From: Eledone cirrhosa
Lineage: Eukaryota
Direction: 5' to 3'
NCBI GenBank assembly: GCA_964016885.1
Contig: OZ024743.1
Coordinates: 39,122,001 to 39,186,000 of the forward strand
DNA length: 64,000 bases
Shown here: positions 24,421 through 36,771 of the stretch, piece after piece
Layout: every line of letters starts with the position of its first letter
How positions within the stretch are numbered: the stretch's first letter is position 1
Notes under the pieces: model-generated
Seen by the model: only the letters and a program-made list of their open reading frames with translations
Databases searched by the model: none
Told to the model about the DNA's origin: nothing
Program-made: the position numbers and the translations under genes

Positions 24421-25563
24421 CCAACTAGATATCACCCAAATCGGGGACATGGAAGGAGGAATTCGGAATAAAACATATTTCCACTAAACACGCAGAAGTC
24501 TTTACAATTACACTGATATTTAGTGCACCAATAGATACAAAATAGCTTGCAGTTATAGTCTTCATAAAATGATCCTTCACGTTCTCCTTCACTAAGACAA
24601 TTATAAGAAAATTTCACTTGTAAAAAACCATTAGTTCCCAACGGGAATCTCAAAACATTTGAAGACCATGCAAATTTAAGAACCCTGTTACAAAATACTG
24701 AACTCAAATATTCTCAATGAAAAAGAAGGAAATACATAATTGTTATAGAATAGACCATTATGTTATTAAAATAAACACAACATAACATGCAGAGTTAGAT
24801 TATACTACAGAATTACCTTAAAAAAGGAATACCTGCCTCACAGTTAGAATATAAATCGAAGATATAAAATTTTATAGATATGCCTGATCAGATGTACCCA
24901 CAACTTTATGAACCGTAAAACCTACTGAAAATCACCATTGTGAAATAAACGTTCAAACGAAAATATATTTGTCAGCATCATGACCACATATGTTACATCG
25001 TTCACACAATCATTGCAGTTTCCTGTCGTATAAACATGCACTTACGACAAGGGGCCAATGAAAGATTTCCATATATTACATCGAAACAACAAATAGGATT
25101 ATAATAGTTGATAACTTTATACTATTATATAGAAATTCACACATAATAGGCGAACCCCTATGGCAAATCTACTAATATTAGCTACATAAATCAAACATCC
25201 GTACAAAGATACATCTCATGTTAAATCACGAATGTTTATCGTCCTCCACTCATTAGGAACATTTTAAATTAGCCAATACAACTATCGCTGTTCAATACAT
25301 CATATGACTGATGATACTGATTTTCAAAATGTAGACTAAATTGATACACAAATTTACTAAACGCAACAATTTAAGAACGCAACTGTTCCAAACTAAACAT
25401 AAAATAACTAATAAGGAGACACGATATATGCATAGCAAAAATATACAACCTGAGAATAGTCGTGCTTTACATAAACCATGTTTGAAAAAGGATGGTTCCT
25501 TACTTATACGTAAAATACTTATACAGACACCTCCTACACATATTCTTTTTCATTCCTTGGACA

Positions 25564-25976
25564 TTTAGAAAGCTGTAGCTAGGCAAAAAACACCAGCAAC
25601 TATCGCCACCTGTCGGTCTCCAGCAGAAACAGGGGAGGGGGCCATCATACATATATTTCGAAATGAACTGGTCCTCATCAGGACGACCACTCCCGCTCTT
25701 GGAACTGCTGGACTTTCAAAACAGTCGAGAATATATAGTTTTCTCGTTTGTGTAATCTTATTTGCATATGAAGCTGTATAAGGTCGCTTCACCTATAATC
25801 GAATAGAATTAGAATCTCGCCTGTTTTCAAAGTCAAGCTGTTGCAAGGGCAGGAGGAGTTGTTCTGATGAGAACCAATTCAGTTCGAAATGCATCGAGGA
25901 TTGCCCCCTTGCATCTGCTTGACACTGCCAGGTAGCGATAGCTGCCTATGTTTTTGCATAGCTACGGCTATCTAAA
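25564..25976. repeat. Diverged inverted repeat pair, each arm with a decayed hammerhead
   Basis: ~25564-25730 versus ~25820-25976 in reverse complement. CTGATGA-gaac..gttc-GAAA at 25864 (+) and an equivalent motif on the minus strand at ~25640-25690. Cleavage triplets decayed. Confidence 0.6.
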
Positions 25977-28108
25977 TATTCATTTATAAACATACCGTAT
26001 TTCTTAAAAAATACGGAATTGCAATACATATCTATATATATATATATATATATTTTCCATATATACACTGTTATGAACACAGAATTTAAACATAATAAAA
26101 AAATATTTCACCCATTGCAAAATAAATATGTATGTTTGTTGATATCTTTGTCTTAACAATTACGTGTGTTCGTTCCAGTTAGTGTGTGGTCAAAACGATT
26201 TCGAAATATAGCTGTGTTTCTTGTTATTGCAGTTGCTGTTGGTGATGTTGTAGTTATTGCAGTTGTACTTAAGCAAAGGGAGCCTTTCATTCAAACGGAA
26301 TTTTATTTCTATCTCCATGTCTTTTCATACCAGCGTTCATTCTGCCATCTATGTAAAGATTTTAGAAAATATATTACAACAGCACCCCTAAATAAATAAA
26401 TAAAAACATTATACTTTGAATATTACGCTTATTGTTTAAATGTAATATAATTTGATTAAGCATTTATTCTATAATGATTTATACGAGCGCGGGAGAATAT
26501 GTTATTTGGCCAAATTCTTCCCCCGCCTACCATATTTTCAATGACTCCTCTCACCCTCATTTGTTTAATTTTTCGTCCTGCGGCTAGCACAGAAACGATA
26601 GGGGTTTTAGACGCTACAATGTGAGTATGCGGTTCAATGAGTCCAGTAGTGAAAGGGAAATTATAGAAAAATCAGTTGTTTTGCTGTTTATTTATATTAT
26701 GTTTTGACCAAACGTAGAATCACATATTTTATGTATGTGTTGTGCATATAAAACAGTATATGAAGCGTGTATCGCAACGCAGTCGTTCATTGCTGTCATG
26801 GTATGCCCGTTTATGATTTTATATTCATAAAATGAATTATATTTCTTCAAAGAATGTTGAGAAAGGAAAGATAATCGATTTCATATTTTATGTAAGATCA
26901 TAATCAACATTTTATTTTATATCAGTTTGAAACAGTGATTAATATTGGAAAATACATTAGTAAACTGACCTTTGACGCTCTATATTACGTTAGAAACATT
27001 GTATTTAACGGGATATACAATTGCTCGATGTCAAAGATGAGACAGATTATTTACAAAAGTGCACTTTGAAACGATATTTAGTAAGAGTGGAAATCTAGTT
27101 TACATGTACATCCGTTCAACACCTACTCACTTATTCAAACGTGGTATGTACATGTGTATAGCCATACATTTATTGTAGCCCTTTTACATTTCACGACTTG
27201 TATTCTAAGCGTGGTCTCTTGTGGCCAATATAAATACATAGTAATTACTATTCATGTTCACCAAAGCTTAATTATTGTTTGTAAAGTAATACATGTATAT
27301 TGGAAGAAAAGAAAAACGAAAAGCAATGGTGAAGTCAAATATTACAAATATGTTTCAAAATCAACACAGACATCGTAAAGACAATCTCAAAGATCTCATC
27401 CGCAAGCTAATATATTATTTTAGATCATTTATACTTCAACGAAATACTTCTTCAATATTAAATAATTCTGAAAATGGTAGCAAACTTGATGTAATCTTAT
27501 TTCGGAAAAAAAAAAAATAATGTAAGACAAATAAATGCAAAAATAAAATGGAAGACTAGCATTAAATACATTAACGTCAAATTATTGTTTCTTAGTTTCT
27601 GGCTGAGACGTTTTGCTTTAGTTAATGTTCCAAAATAGAGGATGTTTAGAGAGAAATTAATTTGATAAAGTGTGTGCTTTCCCTACATAAAGTAATAGCT
27701 ATATTAATCTTATACATTATTTTTCTTGGCGGCAATGACTGAAATTGAAGGTAAAGGATATTTAGAAGGGTGAGAAAAAATGGCGTGTCATTCTAACAGA
27801 CAGAAAGTGAGTGAGAGAGAAAGAGATATACAGGCATAGAGAAATATACAATGATGGAGAAGGAGAGGGAATGATTTCAAGGAGAATTTATGAATATATA
27901 TTTACGCCTGGGCTCATAAATTCACATATTACTATCACGTTTATTGAGTTTGTTTATTTTCTTCAGTCTCTACAGCACTGACTTTCAGCTTCACACTTTG
28001 ATTCATTTATTCCACGTATTGTGATGGTAGAAACTAAAAGCTAAAAATGTATCCGTGGCTATATATATATATATATATATATATAGCCACGGCTACATAT
28101 ATATATAT

Positions 28109-28238
<130 letters not shown>

Positions 28239-28643
28239 GTAGATATATATATATGTATATATGTATGTATATATATATATATATATATTATCTATATATG
28301 CATATATTTGTATGTACATATGTATATGTATGTATATTTATATATATAATGCTTCTAATATATTAGTGTTCGTGTCTGGTGTATAAACCTTTATTTACAT
28401 TTGGGTTACCGTTTACTTTATATTTATATAGTAGGAGTAGAACGAAATTTCATTAACTTATTTTATCTCAAACACATCATAATGCTGTTTTTATCCGTCA
28501 TGTGAATTTCAGATTGAAATGCGTTTTAATAAAATGCTATTTATTATTTTAAAAATACACGCCCTTTTATAAATGAAACAGGTAAATCATGGGTAGGTGT
28601 TTATTCTCATATATATATGTATTTTACATGTATACACACATAA

Positions 28644-28674
<31 letters not shown>

Positions 28675-28914
28675 TATAGATAGATAGATAGATAGATAGA
28701 TATATAGATAGCTATATAGATAGATAGATAGATAGATTTATATATATATATATATATGTGTGTGTGTTTATATATATTAACATTTGTATTTTGATATGTA
28801 GGTATATGTGCATATATATATAAGAGACATATATACAAATAAATATATATACACATATCTATATCTGTGTGTTTGTGTGTATCTCTCTATTTGCGTATCC
28901 GTGTATTTATGTGC

Positions 28915-28963
<49 letters not shown>

Positions 28964-29288
28964 ATTGTGTGTGTATGTTTATAACATGAGGAAACGTTCT
29001 TTACTAATATTCTTTTGTTATCATACATCAAACATATTTGTTAAAATAGTTGAATTACCTATCGGCTAAAACTGATGCGCAACGTGAAGTATTCCTCTGC
29101 GTACAAATGTTTCACACCGTAACATCAATAGATATCCCGTATTTATTTATGCATTTATTTATTATTGTCGACAGTAATGGAAACAAATCGAATGGACATC
29201 AAAAAGCCTTATAGAAAAAATATTATAATAAGTGAAATAATTATGAATTGTTGCTACGCATCTTAAAATGCATGTTAATTAGTACTGG

Positions 29289-32200
29289 CCCTCTCTGCTG
29301 GCTTAGAGCAACAGAGAGGGCCAGTGGATGATGGATCAGCTGTCTCTGAGACAAATATAAAGAATGCAGTTTTGTCCTGCAGAAGAGCCATCAAAATGGG
29401 CACTTTGAATGTGAGGACTATTCGAACACTGTAGAAGAGAGAGAGGAGTTGGAACATCTGTTCGAGGAGAGTGGTATACAGATACTTGCGATCCAAGAAC
29501 ACAGGATTCTACACGATGAGCCCATGAGGAGTGTGATGATCGGGAGGAAGAGCCAGCTCACCACTACATCGGCAGTGAAGAACACAACAAATGCTGCAGT
29601 AGGAGGAGTGGGTTTTGTGTCCAGTGCAAAAACCAATCTGTTGGTGAGGGAAATAATGCCTATCTCCCCGCGAGTGTTGAGGGTGACCATCAATGGAAAC
29701 CCAAGACTGACAGTCATCTCAGCCTATAGTCCAACCGAGGGGGACAGTGATGTGAATGCCGAGGAGTTCCATGAGGAGGTGTGTAGAGCTGTCAACACCA
29801 CTCAGGCATACAATATCCTGCTTGTTTTGGGGGACTTCAATGCACATCTGAGTAAGGAGGGCAGTGAAAATCCTTGCTGGTACTTCCATAACAACACCAA
29901 CCGAAATGGAAGACTACTGAGAGACACCCTGCTGGAGGCGAACTTGATGGCGACCAACCTAAGGTTTAGGAAGAATCTGGGGAAGATGTGGACCTACATC
30001 TCAGATATGCACCTGTCCAAGTCCCAGATTGATTTCATTCTGGTGAGGAAAAAGTGGCGGAATAGTATTCTGAACACGGAACCATACAGCTATTTCAGTA
30101 CACTGGGTAGTGACCACCGGCTTGTTATGAGTGAGGTCCGCGTGAGCTTAAGAAGGAGCAAGGCTCAGCCCCGGAGAACAATCTATGACTGGGGAGTTTT
30201 CAAGGAAGATAATAAGCTACAGGAGAGGTTCACAGTGGAAGTGAGAAACAGGTTTAGTGCTCTGTGTGGAGAGTCAGAGGAGAGAGAAATTGGATGGACT
30301 GAGGAGAGTGTGACGAGGAGGTACGGGCACTTCACCAATGCAGTGGCGAAAGCAAGTGAAACCTTGGTGCCGAGGAAAAAGAACAAAGGGAAGCACGTCA
30401 GCTCTGCAAACCCAAAAGTGTGTGCAGCCAGAGAACACCTGAAAGCTGCCAGGGACCAATTCTATGCTGATCCTACGGAGGAGAGGATGGACACTATGGA
30501 GGTGATGAAGGAAGAGCTCTGTACCGCTTAGACTGAGGTCAGAGAGGAGACACTGATAGAGAAGATCAGAAGTGTGGAGAGAGCGGTTGACAGATCTGGA
30601 TGTAAGGAGAGCTGGATGATCATCAACGAGATCACAGGGAGGAAGAAAAGGTGTTCGAGTCAGATCCAGGGAACGGGGCCCGAGGATAGGAAGAGGAAAT
30701 GGCTAGACCATTTTAGGACCCTACTAGGAGAGCCACCCTCCACAGCCCAGAGCACTGGGGAGATCAGGCGGCTGTTTGAGGAACTGGATGTTGAGACAGA
30801 GCCCTTCACCAGAGAAGAGCTTCAGAGAGCCAAGAAGAAGATCAAGGAGGGCAAGGCTCATGGAGAAGATGGAGTGGCATCAGAGGTGATGAAGAGGTGT
30901 GATTTTGATGATATCATCCTGGGGTTCTGTAACGGGGCACTGGAGAAAGGAGTTGCCCCGAATCAGTGGAGGATCAGTAACATCGTCCCAGTGCCAAAGA
31001 AGGGATATCTCTCTAACACCAACAACTACCGGGGGATCTCACTGACGTCACTTGTGGCAAAGACCCTCAACAGGATGATTCTTAACAGGATCCAGCCTGA
31101 GATGGAGAAGAAGCTCAGGGACAACCAGAACGGCTTCAGAGAGGATAGATCAACTACTAGTCACATCCTGATGCTGAGGAGGATATTGGAGGGAGCTAGA
31201 GCAAAGTGCCTTCCTGCGGTCATGGTTTTCATTGACTTTAGGAAGGCCTTTGATTCTGTGGACCGTTACTGCCTGATGAAGATCTTACAGGCTTAGGGAA
31301 TCTCCAAGAAGATAGTGGACCTGATATCACTGCTCTACACCAACACCAAAGCCCAAGTCATTACACCTGATGGGATGACAGAGTTCTTTGAGATACTGGC
31401 TGGAGTGCTCCAGGGAGATACATTGGCTCCCTACCTTTTTATCATCGTAGTGGACTATTGTATGCGCCTTGCACTGGAGAAACACCAGGACTCTGGCTTT
31501 ACTGTAGCACCGGCTCAGAGCAGGAGAGTTGGGGCGAAAAAGGTATCGGATGCTGAATTTGCCGACGACATAGTTTTGGTGACAAATACAGTGAAGGAGG
31601 CAGGGGATTTGATGCGGGAGGTTGAGACTGTGTCGATGAGTGTAGGGCTGAGAATGAATGAGACTAAAACAAAATATCTGGTAGAGAATGTTGAGAAGCC
31701 AGAGGGGATCACTAATGTAGGCGGGAAGCCGCTGGAATTGGTTGAGGACTTCCTGTATTTGGGAGCAAAGATTGGGAATACGGAAGATGATGTGGTTGAG
31801 AGGAAGAGCAAGGCCTGGGCAGCGTGTCACAGCTTGAGATCGGTGTGGAAGTCGGACCTTCGTAGAGACCTGAAAATCCGCCTCTTCATTGCTGTAGTGG
31901 AGTCTGTGCTGCTGTATGGGTCTGAGACTTGGACACTGACCAAGAGACTCACTCAGATGGTGGATGGGTGCTACACGAGAATGCTGAGGATGGCTCTGAA
32001 TATTAATCAGTATACACTGAGGATGAAAAACTCCGAGCTGTATGGGAGCATCCCAAATGTCAGCTCAAAAGTGACACAGAGGAGACTGAGGTTGGCTGGA
32101 CATGCTCACCGACATCCAGAGTTGAGATTGCACTCAGTGCTCCTTTGGGAGCCCCTACATGGACACATTAGAAGAGAAAGACCAAGGTTAACATATGTTG

Positions 32201-32324
32201 ATGCCCTAAGGACAGACACTGGTCTGTTGGAGATGCAGGATATGGCAGCGATAATGAGGGACAGAGACCGCTGGAGAGAACTCGTCCATGGATCTCGGGA
32301 ATTTTACCCGCCTTAGATAGATAG
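29289..32324 (+). mobile_element. RTE-clade LINE, near full-length ORF, 5' UTR truncated
   Basis: 11-bp TSD attagtactgg (29278-29288 and 32325-32335). (ATAG)n tail directly after the stop codon. Single APE-RT ORF. Confidence 0.92.
29396..32316 (+). pseudogene. APE endonuclease-reverse transcriptase of the RTE LINE
   Basis: GTLNVRT, AIQEHR, LGDFNA, IDFILV, SDHRLV (APE); NYRGISL, QNGFR, FIDFRKAFDSV, GVLQGDTLAPYLF, EFADD, LLYGSETW (RT). The three track ORFs are in one frame separated by TAG stops, with a further stop and frameshift at ~29432-29448. Confidence 0.93.
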
Positions 32325-33167
32325 ATTAGTACTGGGGGTACAAGATTTTGAATATGAATTTATACTGGGAAGTCGTTGAACTCAACTGCCGCAACGTATC
32401 TAATAGCAGTTTGATTGTAGCATTCCCGTTATTCTATAGAAATACGGGTATATTAATTAATATTTTATCTTAATTAATTAACTTAACCGTTATAGAGCTT
32501 CAATGAAAATAGTAATTGCTAACAGTTAAGATGTTATATACAATATAATAACATACCTTGGCACTATGTTACTTCATAAAACTACGTTTGTGCAATTTAA
32601 ATTGGAGTGGATTTGTTCATAGTAATGCAGGTACTTTTAGGAAGGTGAGCATAAAAGGGATGAAGATATAGTTTATAACATCCTCATTTAGATGCTTTTA
32701 AACAGCGTATTTATCCCTCAATGTTGCAAATCAAAATATGATTAATTAGTATAAAAACTGGAAAATACAAGATATTCGATTATATAGAAGAGTATATATG
32801 TCATGTATGTATGAGAGAACAAAGTTCCATTAAATGATTTTTATGAGATATGGAACGTTACATATATTTCACAAATGATTAGCTCAACGAATTTAACTTC
32901 AAGACATTCCTGACTCAAGGATTGATCTGCGCACGAAACTTGTGTACACAACCAAAGGAATTTCTACACAGGGTCTCCTGGTATCCTATCAATACACTAT
33001 CCAAAGCAAATCATCTATTGAATAAATTTAACGTTCAAAATGAAATAATATAGACGTTTTACAAAGGAATTTAGTCCTCTCATATATACATTTTATATAT
33101 ATATATATATATGGGGAAAAGTATGACCCTGACGGCAGAGCTCAAGTCGTTTCGACGGCTATTTCTG

Positions 33168-33234
<67 letters not shown>

Positions 33235-33469
33235 GAAGTTATATTTAAATTGTTGGGATACAACAAGCAAATATTTTTATAACTGATATAAAGCACTCAA
33301 CAAATAATTGGAGTAAAAATACGATATATGAACAAATGGAAACTATATTTATAAAACCATATTTATTTCATTATACATATTTCAAGGACACCAAGTCAAA
33401 TTATGGTGTGCTTTCATCACATAAAATATAATATAGATCAGTTTTATAAATAAATATTGACATACCCTT

Positions 33470-34503
33470 AAAGAATGCGACCATCCATCCCTACACATAT
33501 TTTCCTTAGAATCTCCCACCTGTCGTCCAACCAGCAAACCTTCAAAGAACATGCCGAATATTATGATGATGCACTTAGGAAGGCTGGACACCTAGATAAT
33601 ATAGAGTATATAGTCGAGGATCTCCAAAACACCCAAAATAAATCCCATAGAGGTAGAAATAGCATAGAATCACCACCATACATACACTACCCCAATAGGC
33701 ACACTAATAGTCGCACACCACCAAACAGAAGGCGATGTAAAGAGTATATATGATACAACCCGGTCTATAACAACTCTATTAAAACCAATCTACCCTCACA
33801 ATTCATTCGATTAGTTAAAACACACTTTCCAACATCACATAAATATAATAAAATCTTAAACCCTAACACTATTCGACTTTCATATTCAATCGCCCCTAAT
33901 ATTGAAAAACATATAAAAAAGCTTAACGCAAAACGGTTGTATAAACGCCTTCCAACACATAACAATACACGTAAAACATCGGCTATAACATCACAAAACA
34001 ACAAACAACATCCCGTCTTGACTAAGCGACTTCATCAACCCATCCATGCCAATACAACAACGCAAAATTATAACTGTAACTGTGTCCAACCAGGAACGTG
34101 TCCGTTGAACAATCAGTGTCTTGAACGCAACATCATATACAAATGTAATATCGAATCGGGTAGCCAGAAGTGGTATTATGTGGGGTCTACAGCTACCTCC
34201 TTCAAATATCGCCTTTATAGACATCGTTACTCGATAAAACATGAAAACCAGCGTTATGTAACAACACTCGCAGACAAGGCTTGGCAGCTGCGGGAAAATA
34301 ACCAACAATTTAACCTAAAATGGGATATATTAGCGAGGCACCTGCATAAACACGGACAGGAATTTTGTAAATTGTGTAATATGGAATTATTTTGTATTAT
34401 GAAATCCAAAAATATTTTATTAAATAACAGAATAGAGCGGTCGTTATACTGTAACCATCGCTTGAAATCTACATTTTCATATTACAAACACTACCAGGAT
34501 TGA
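33470..34503 (+). pseudogene. 5'-truncated PLE: RT thumb, linker and GIY-YIG
   Basis: IPTHIFLRISHLSS...YDDALRKAGH; *YNPVYN..KTN...HFP...NTIRLSYS; CNCVQPGTCPLNNQCL...IIY...YVGST..FKYR...CKLCNME...LLNNRIE...CNHR. Confidence 0.88.
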
Positions 34504-34984
34504 ACGGCTGTCTCCATCTCCGTTTGATTGTCAAAATACATATTAACATTCTCTATTAGTCTTAATTCTATCAACTCTTCTATTCTTTACCATTTAATAT
34601 AAACTGCTATAGATAAAATGAGATTTCTTAATTCAATTCCCTAATGCATATACCAGCAGGCTACCAGCATTGTTGTTATACAGTAGCAGTGAAAATCTCC
34701 CTCTTCCTAAATTGACACTTTATATCTATTAATACTACTACACCAAACGACCAGCCCTGTCCATTGTTCAATTGGTCAAGTATAGATTAAAATAGGCACT
34801 CCCAAAAATACTTATTTACATAAAACAAGCCATATACTCATTGTATTCTCATTAGAAACCTTTTATATACTTGTTTACCAGAACATTGAATTGCCATCTG
34901 TCATATACTATCCCCTCTCTTCTTCCTTTCTTACAACTAATATAAATACTTCAATTTTTTCTGATTTTTTACAATTTATCCAAT

Positions 34985-35101
34985 ATCTCTTAAGAAGTGA
35001 CAACTGATTATACATTTTCTATCGAATACTTGCTAACATTATATGATTACGCAAGCAGCGATACATAGTTATTCCGTCTGTTACAGAAACATATGTCAAT
35101 A
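34985..35101 (+). ncRNA. Decayed hammerhead with long stem II in the pseudo-LTR of the 33470 PLE
   Basis: CTTAAGA (G5 lost), stem II gtgaca/tgttac with inner tatcg/cgata and cttgc/gcaag, then GAAA-catatg-TC and AATAAA. Confidence 0.5.
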
Positions 35102-35320
35102 CCTAATAAATTCCTTTATAAAAGCACTTTCATTTTATATTCATATTTTCTACATTTTCTCCGGAATATAATTTTTACTCGTTGAGCAAACCTACATGTA
35201 CGCTGTTCATCTCTAATGTGAGGATATATTATCACTACATTATTGATAACTTGAAATTTTATATATATATAGAATAAGGAAAATCGAAGTAATTTCAGAT
35301 GTTCAAGTCCTTTAATAATA

Positions 35321-35506
35321 ATTGGTTCTACTTTAGGCACAAGGCCAGCAATTACCCAGTGCATTACTGGTACTTTGTTTTATCGACCCTGTAAGGATGA
35401 AAGACAAAGTCAACCTCGGCGGGATTTGGACACAGATCGTAAAGGGACGTAACTATGCTGGAATGCATGGTGTCTGACTCTCTACCGATACTGCCAATTC
35501 ACCGTT
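35321..35506 (-). mobile_element. tRNA-derived SINE, near full length
   Basis: Minus strand has A-box-like tggcagtatcggtag, a degenerate B box, and the gactttgtctttcatccttacagggtcgataaa body. Flanked by the direct repeat aagtcctttaataataatt. Confidence 0.85.
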
Positions 35507-35522
35507 AAGTCCTTTAATAATA

Positions 35523-35634
35523 ATTGTTTCTACTTTAGGCACAAGGCCAGCAATTACCCAGTGCATTACTGGTACTTTATTTTATCGACCCCGTAAGGAT
35601 GAAAGGGAAAGTCAACCTCGGCGGCATTTGAACT
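35523..35634 (-). mobile_element. tRNA-derived SINE, 5'-truncated at the B box
   Basis: Same family as 35321-35506, flanked by (TAA)n. Confidence 0.82.
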
Positions 35635-35643
35635 AATAATAAT

Positions 35644-35715
35644 GCTGTGATATATATTTCAATGGCGACACTGGCCACACTGTTCTGTGCGAGTGTCGTG
35701 ACATCATCAGACAGC
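35644..35715 (-). ncRNA. Type I hammerhead ribozyme with extended stem II
   Basis: Reverse-complement copy of 36372-36445; core intact. Confidence 0.8.
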
Positions 35716-36371
35716 TTGTTACATAATAAGGTTATGTTTCCGAGGCAATCCGAATTGAATCGACATGGAAACAGTTGAAGTGCGTGCTTTTGGGTTCTTC
35801 ATCCGTTCCCCTGTGAGTACTAATTCACCCCCACCGGTCTGCGCAGGCGCATGTCCGCAGATTTCAACGAAATTCGCTTAGTCAGTTCACCCACTCAGCC
35901 AAACAATGACCCAGGATTTTAGGATTTTAATTTTTATTTCCAACTCTCACTCATAACTTCCAATGTAAAACAATGATACCTAGAATTAAGTTTATTTTCT
36001 CTTAGGTGTTGATGGTCAGTCGTAATGTCCACGCTTGGTAAGAGGTAGTATTGTGACCTGTAAAAAATAACATTCTGCCATCCCCTCTGGCTTTCGGCTG
36101 ACTGCCACAGTCTGGATGGGTAGCAGTAAACCATGGTACAGGCCTAAGTGGGTCATTATTTGGCTGAGAGGGTGAACTGACTAAGCGAATTTCGTTGAAA
36201 TCTGCGGTAGCAAATGGTCAATTTCCTTCGGACATGCGCCTGCGCAGACCGGTGGGGGGTGAATTGGTACTCGGAGGGGAACGGATGAAGAACCCAAAAG
36301 CACACACTTCATCCGTTCCCCTGTCGATTCAATGTGGATTGCCTCGGAAACATAACCTTATTATGTAACAA

Positions 36372-36445
36372 GCTGTCTGATGATGTCACGACACTCGCAC
36401 ACAGAACAGTGTGGCCAGTGTCGTCATTGAAATATATATCACAGC
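36372..36445 (+). ncRNA. Type I hammerhead ribozyme with extended stem II
   Basis: gctgt-CTGATGA-[acgacact/agtgtcgt, cacac/gtgtg]-GAAA-tatata-TC-acagc. Confidence 0.82.
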
Positions 36446-36572
36446 ATTATTATGAAAGGACTTGAACATCTGAAACTACTTCGCTTTCCTTATTCGATAT
36501 CTACTCCGTCACTCCTATTTGGAAAAAGTACGTTGAGTGCTTGAATTGAATTGCATCAATATTTACCCTAAG

Positions 36573-36771
<199 letters not shown>

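Larger units (their letters stand above)
35265..36500. mobile_element. Inverted pseudo-LTR pair (non-coding PLE derivative); left arm split by SINEs
   Basis: 35635-35913 is the reverse complement of ~36149-36453, and 35265-35320 matches 36450-36500. ~235-bp spacer. Confidence 0.85.

Noticed and set aside
24540-25330. Possible plus-strand PLE RT remnant
   Set aside because: Only faint motif echoes across many stops; not supportable by eye.
33118-33170. Half hammerhead on the minus strand (GAAAcg...cgTC)
   Set aside because: Truncated by (TA)n before any CTGANGA, so it cannot be called.
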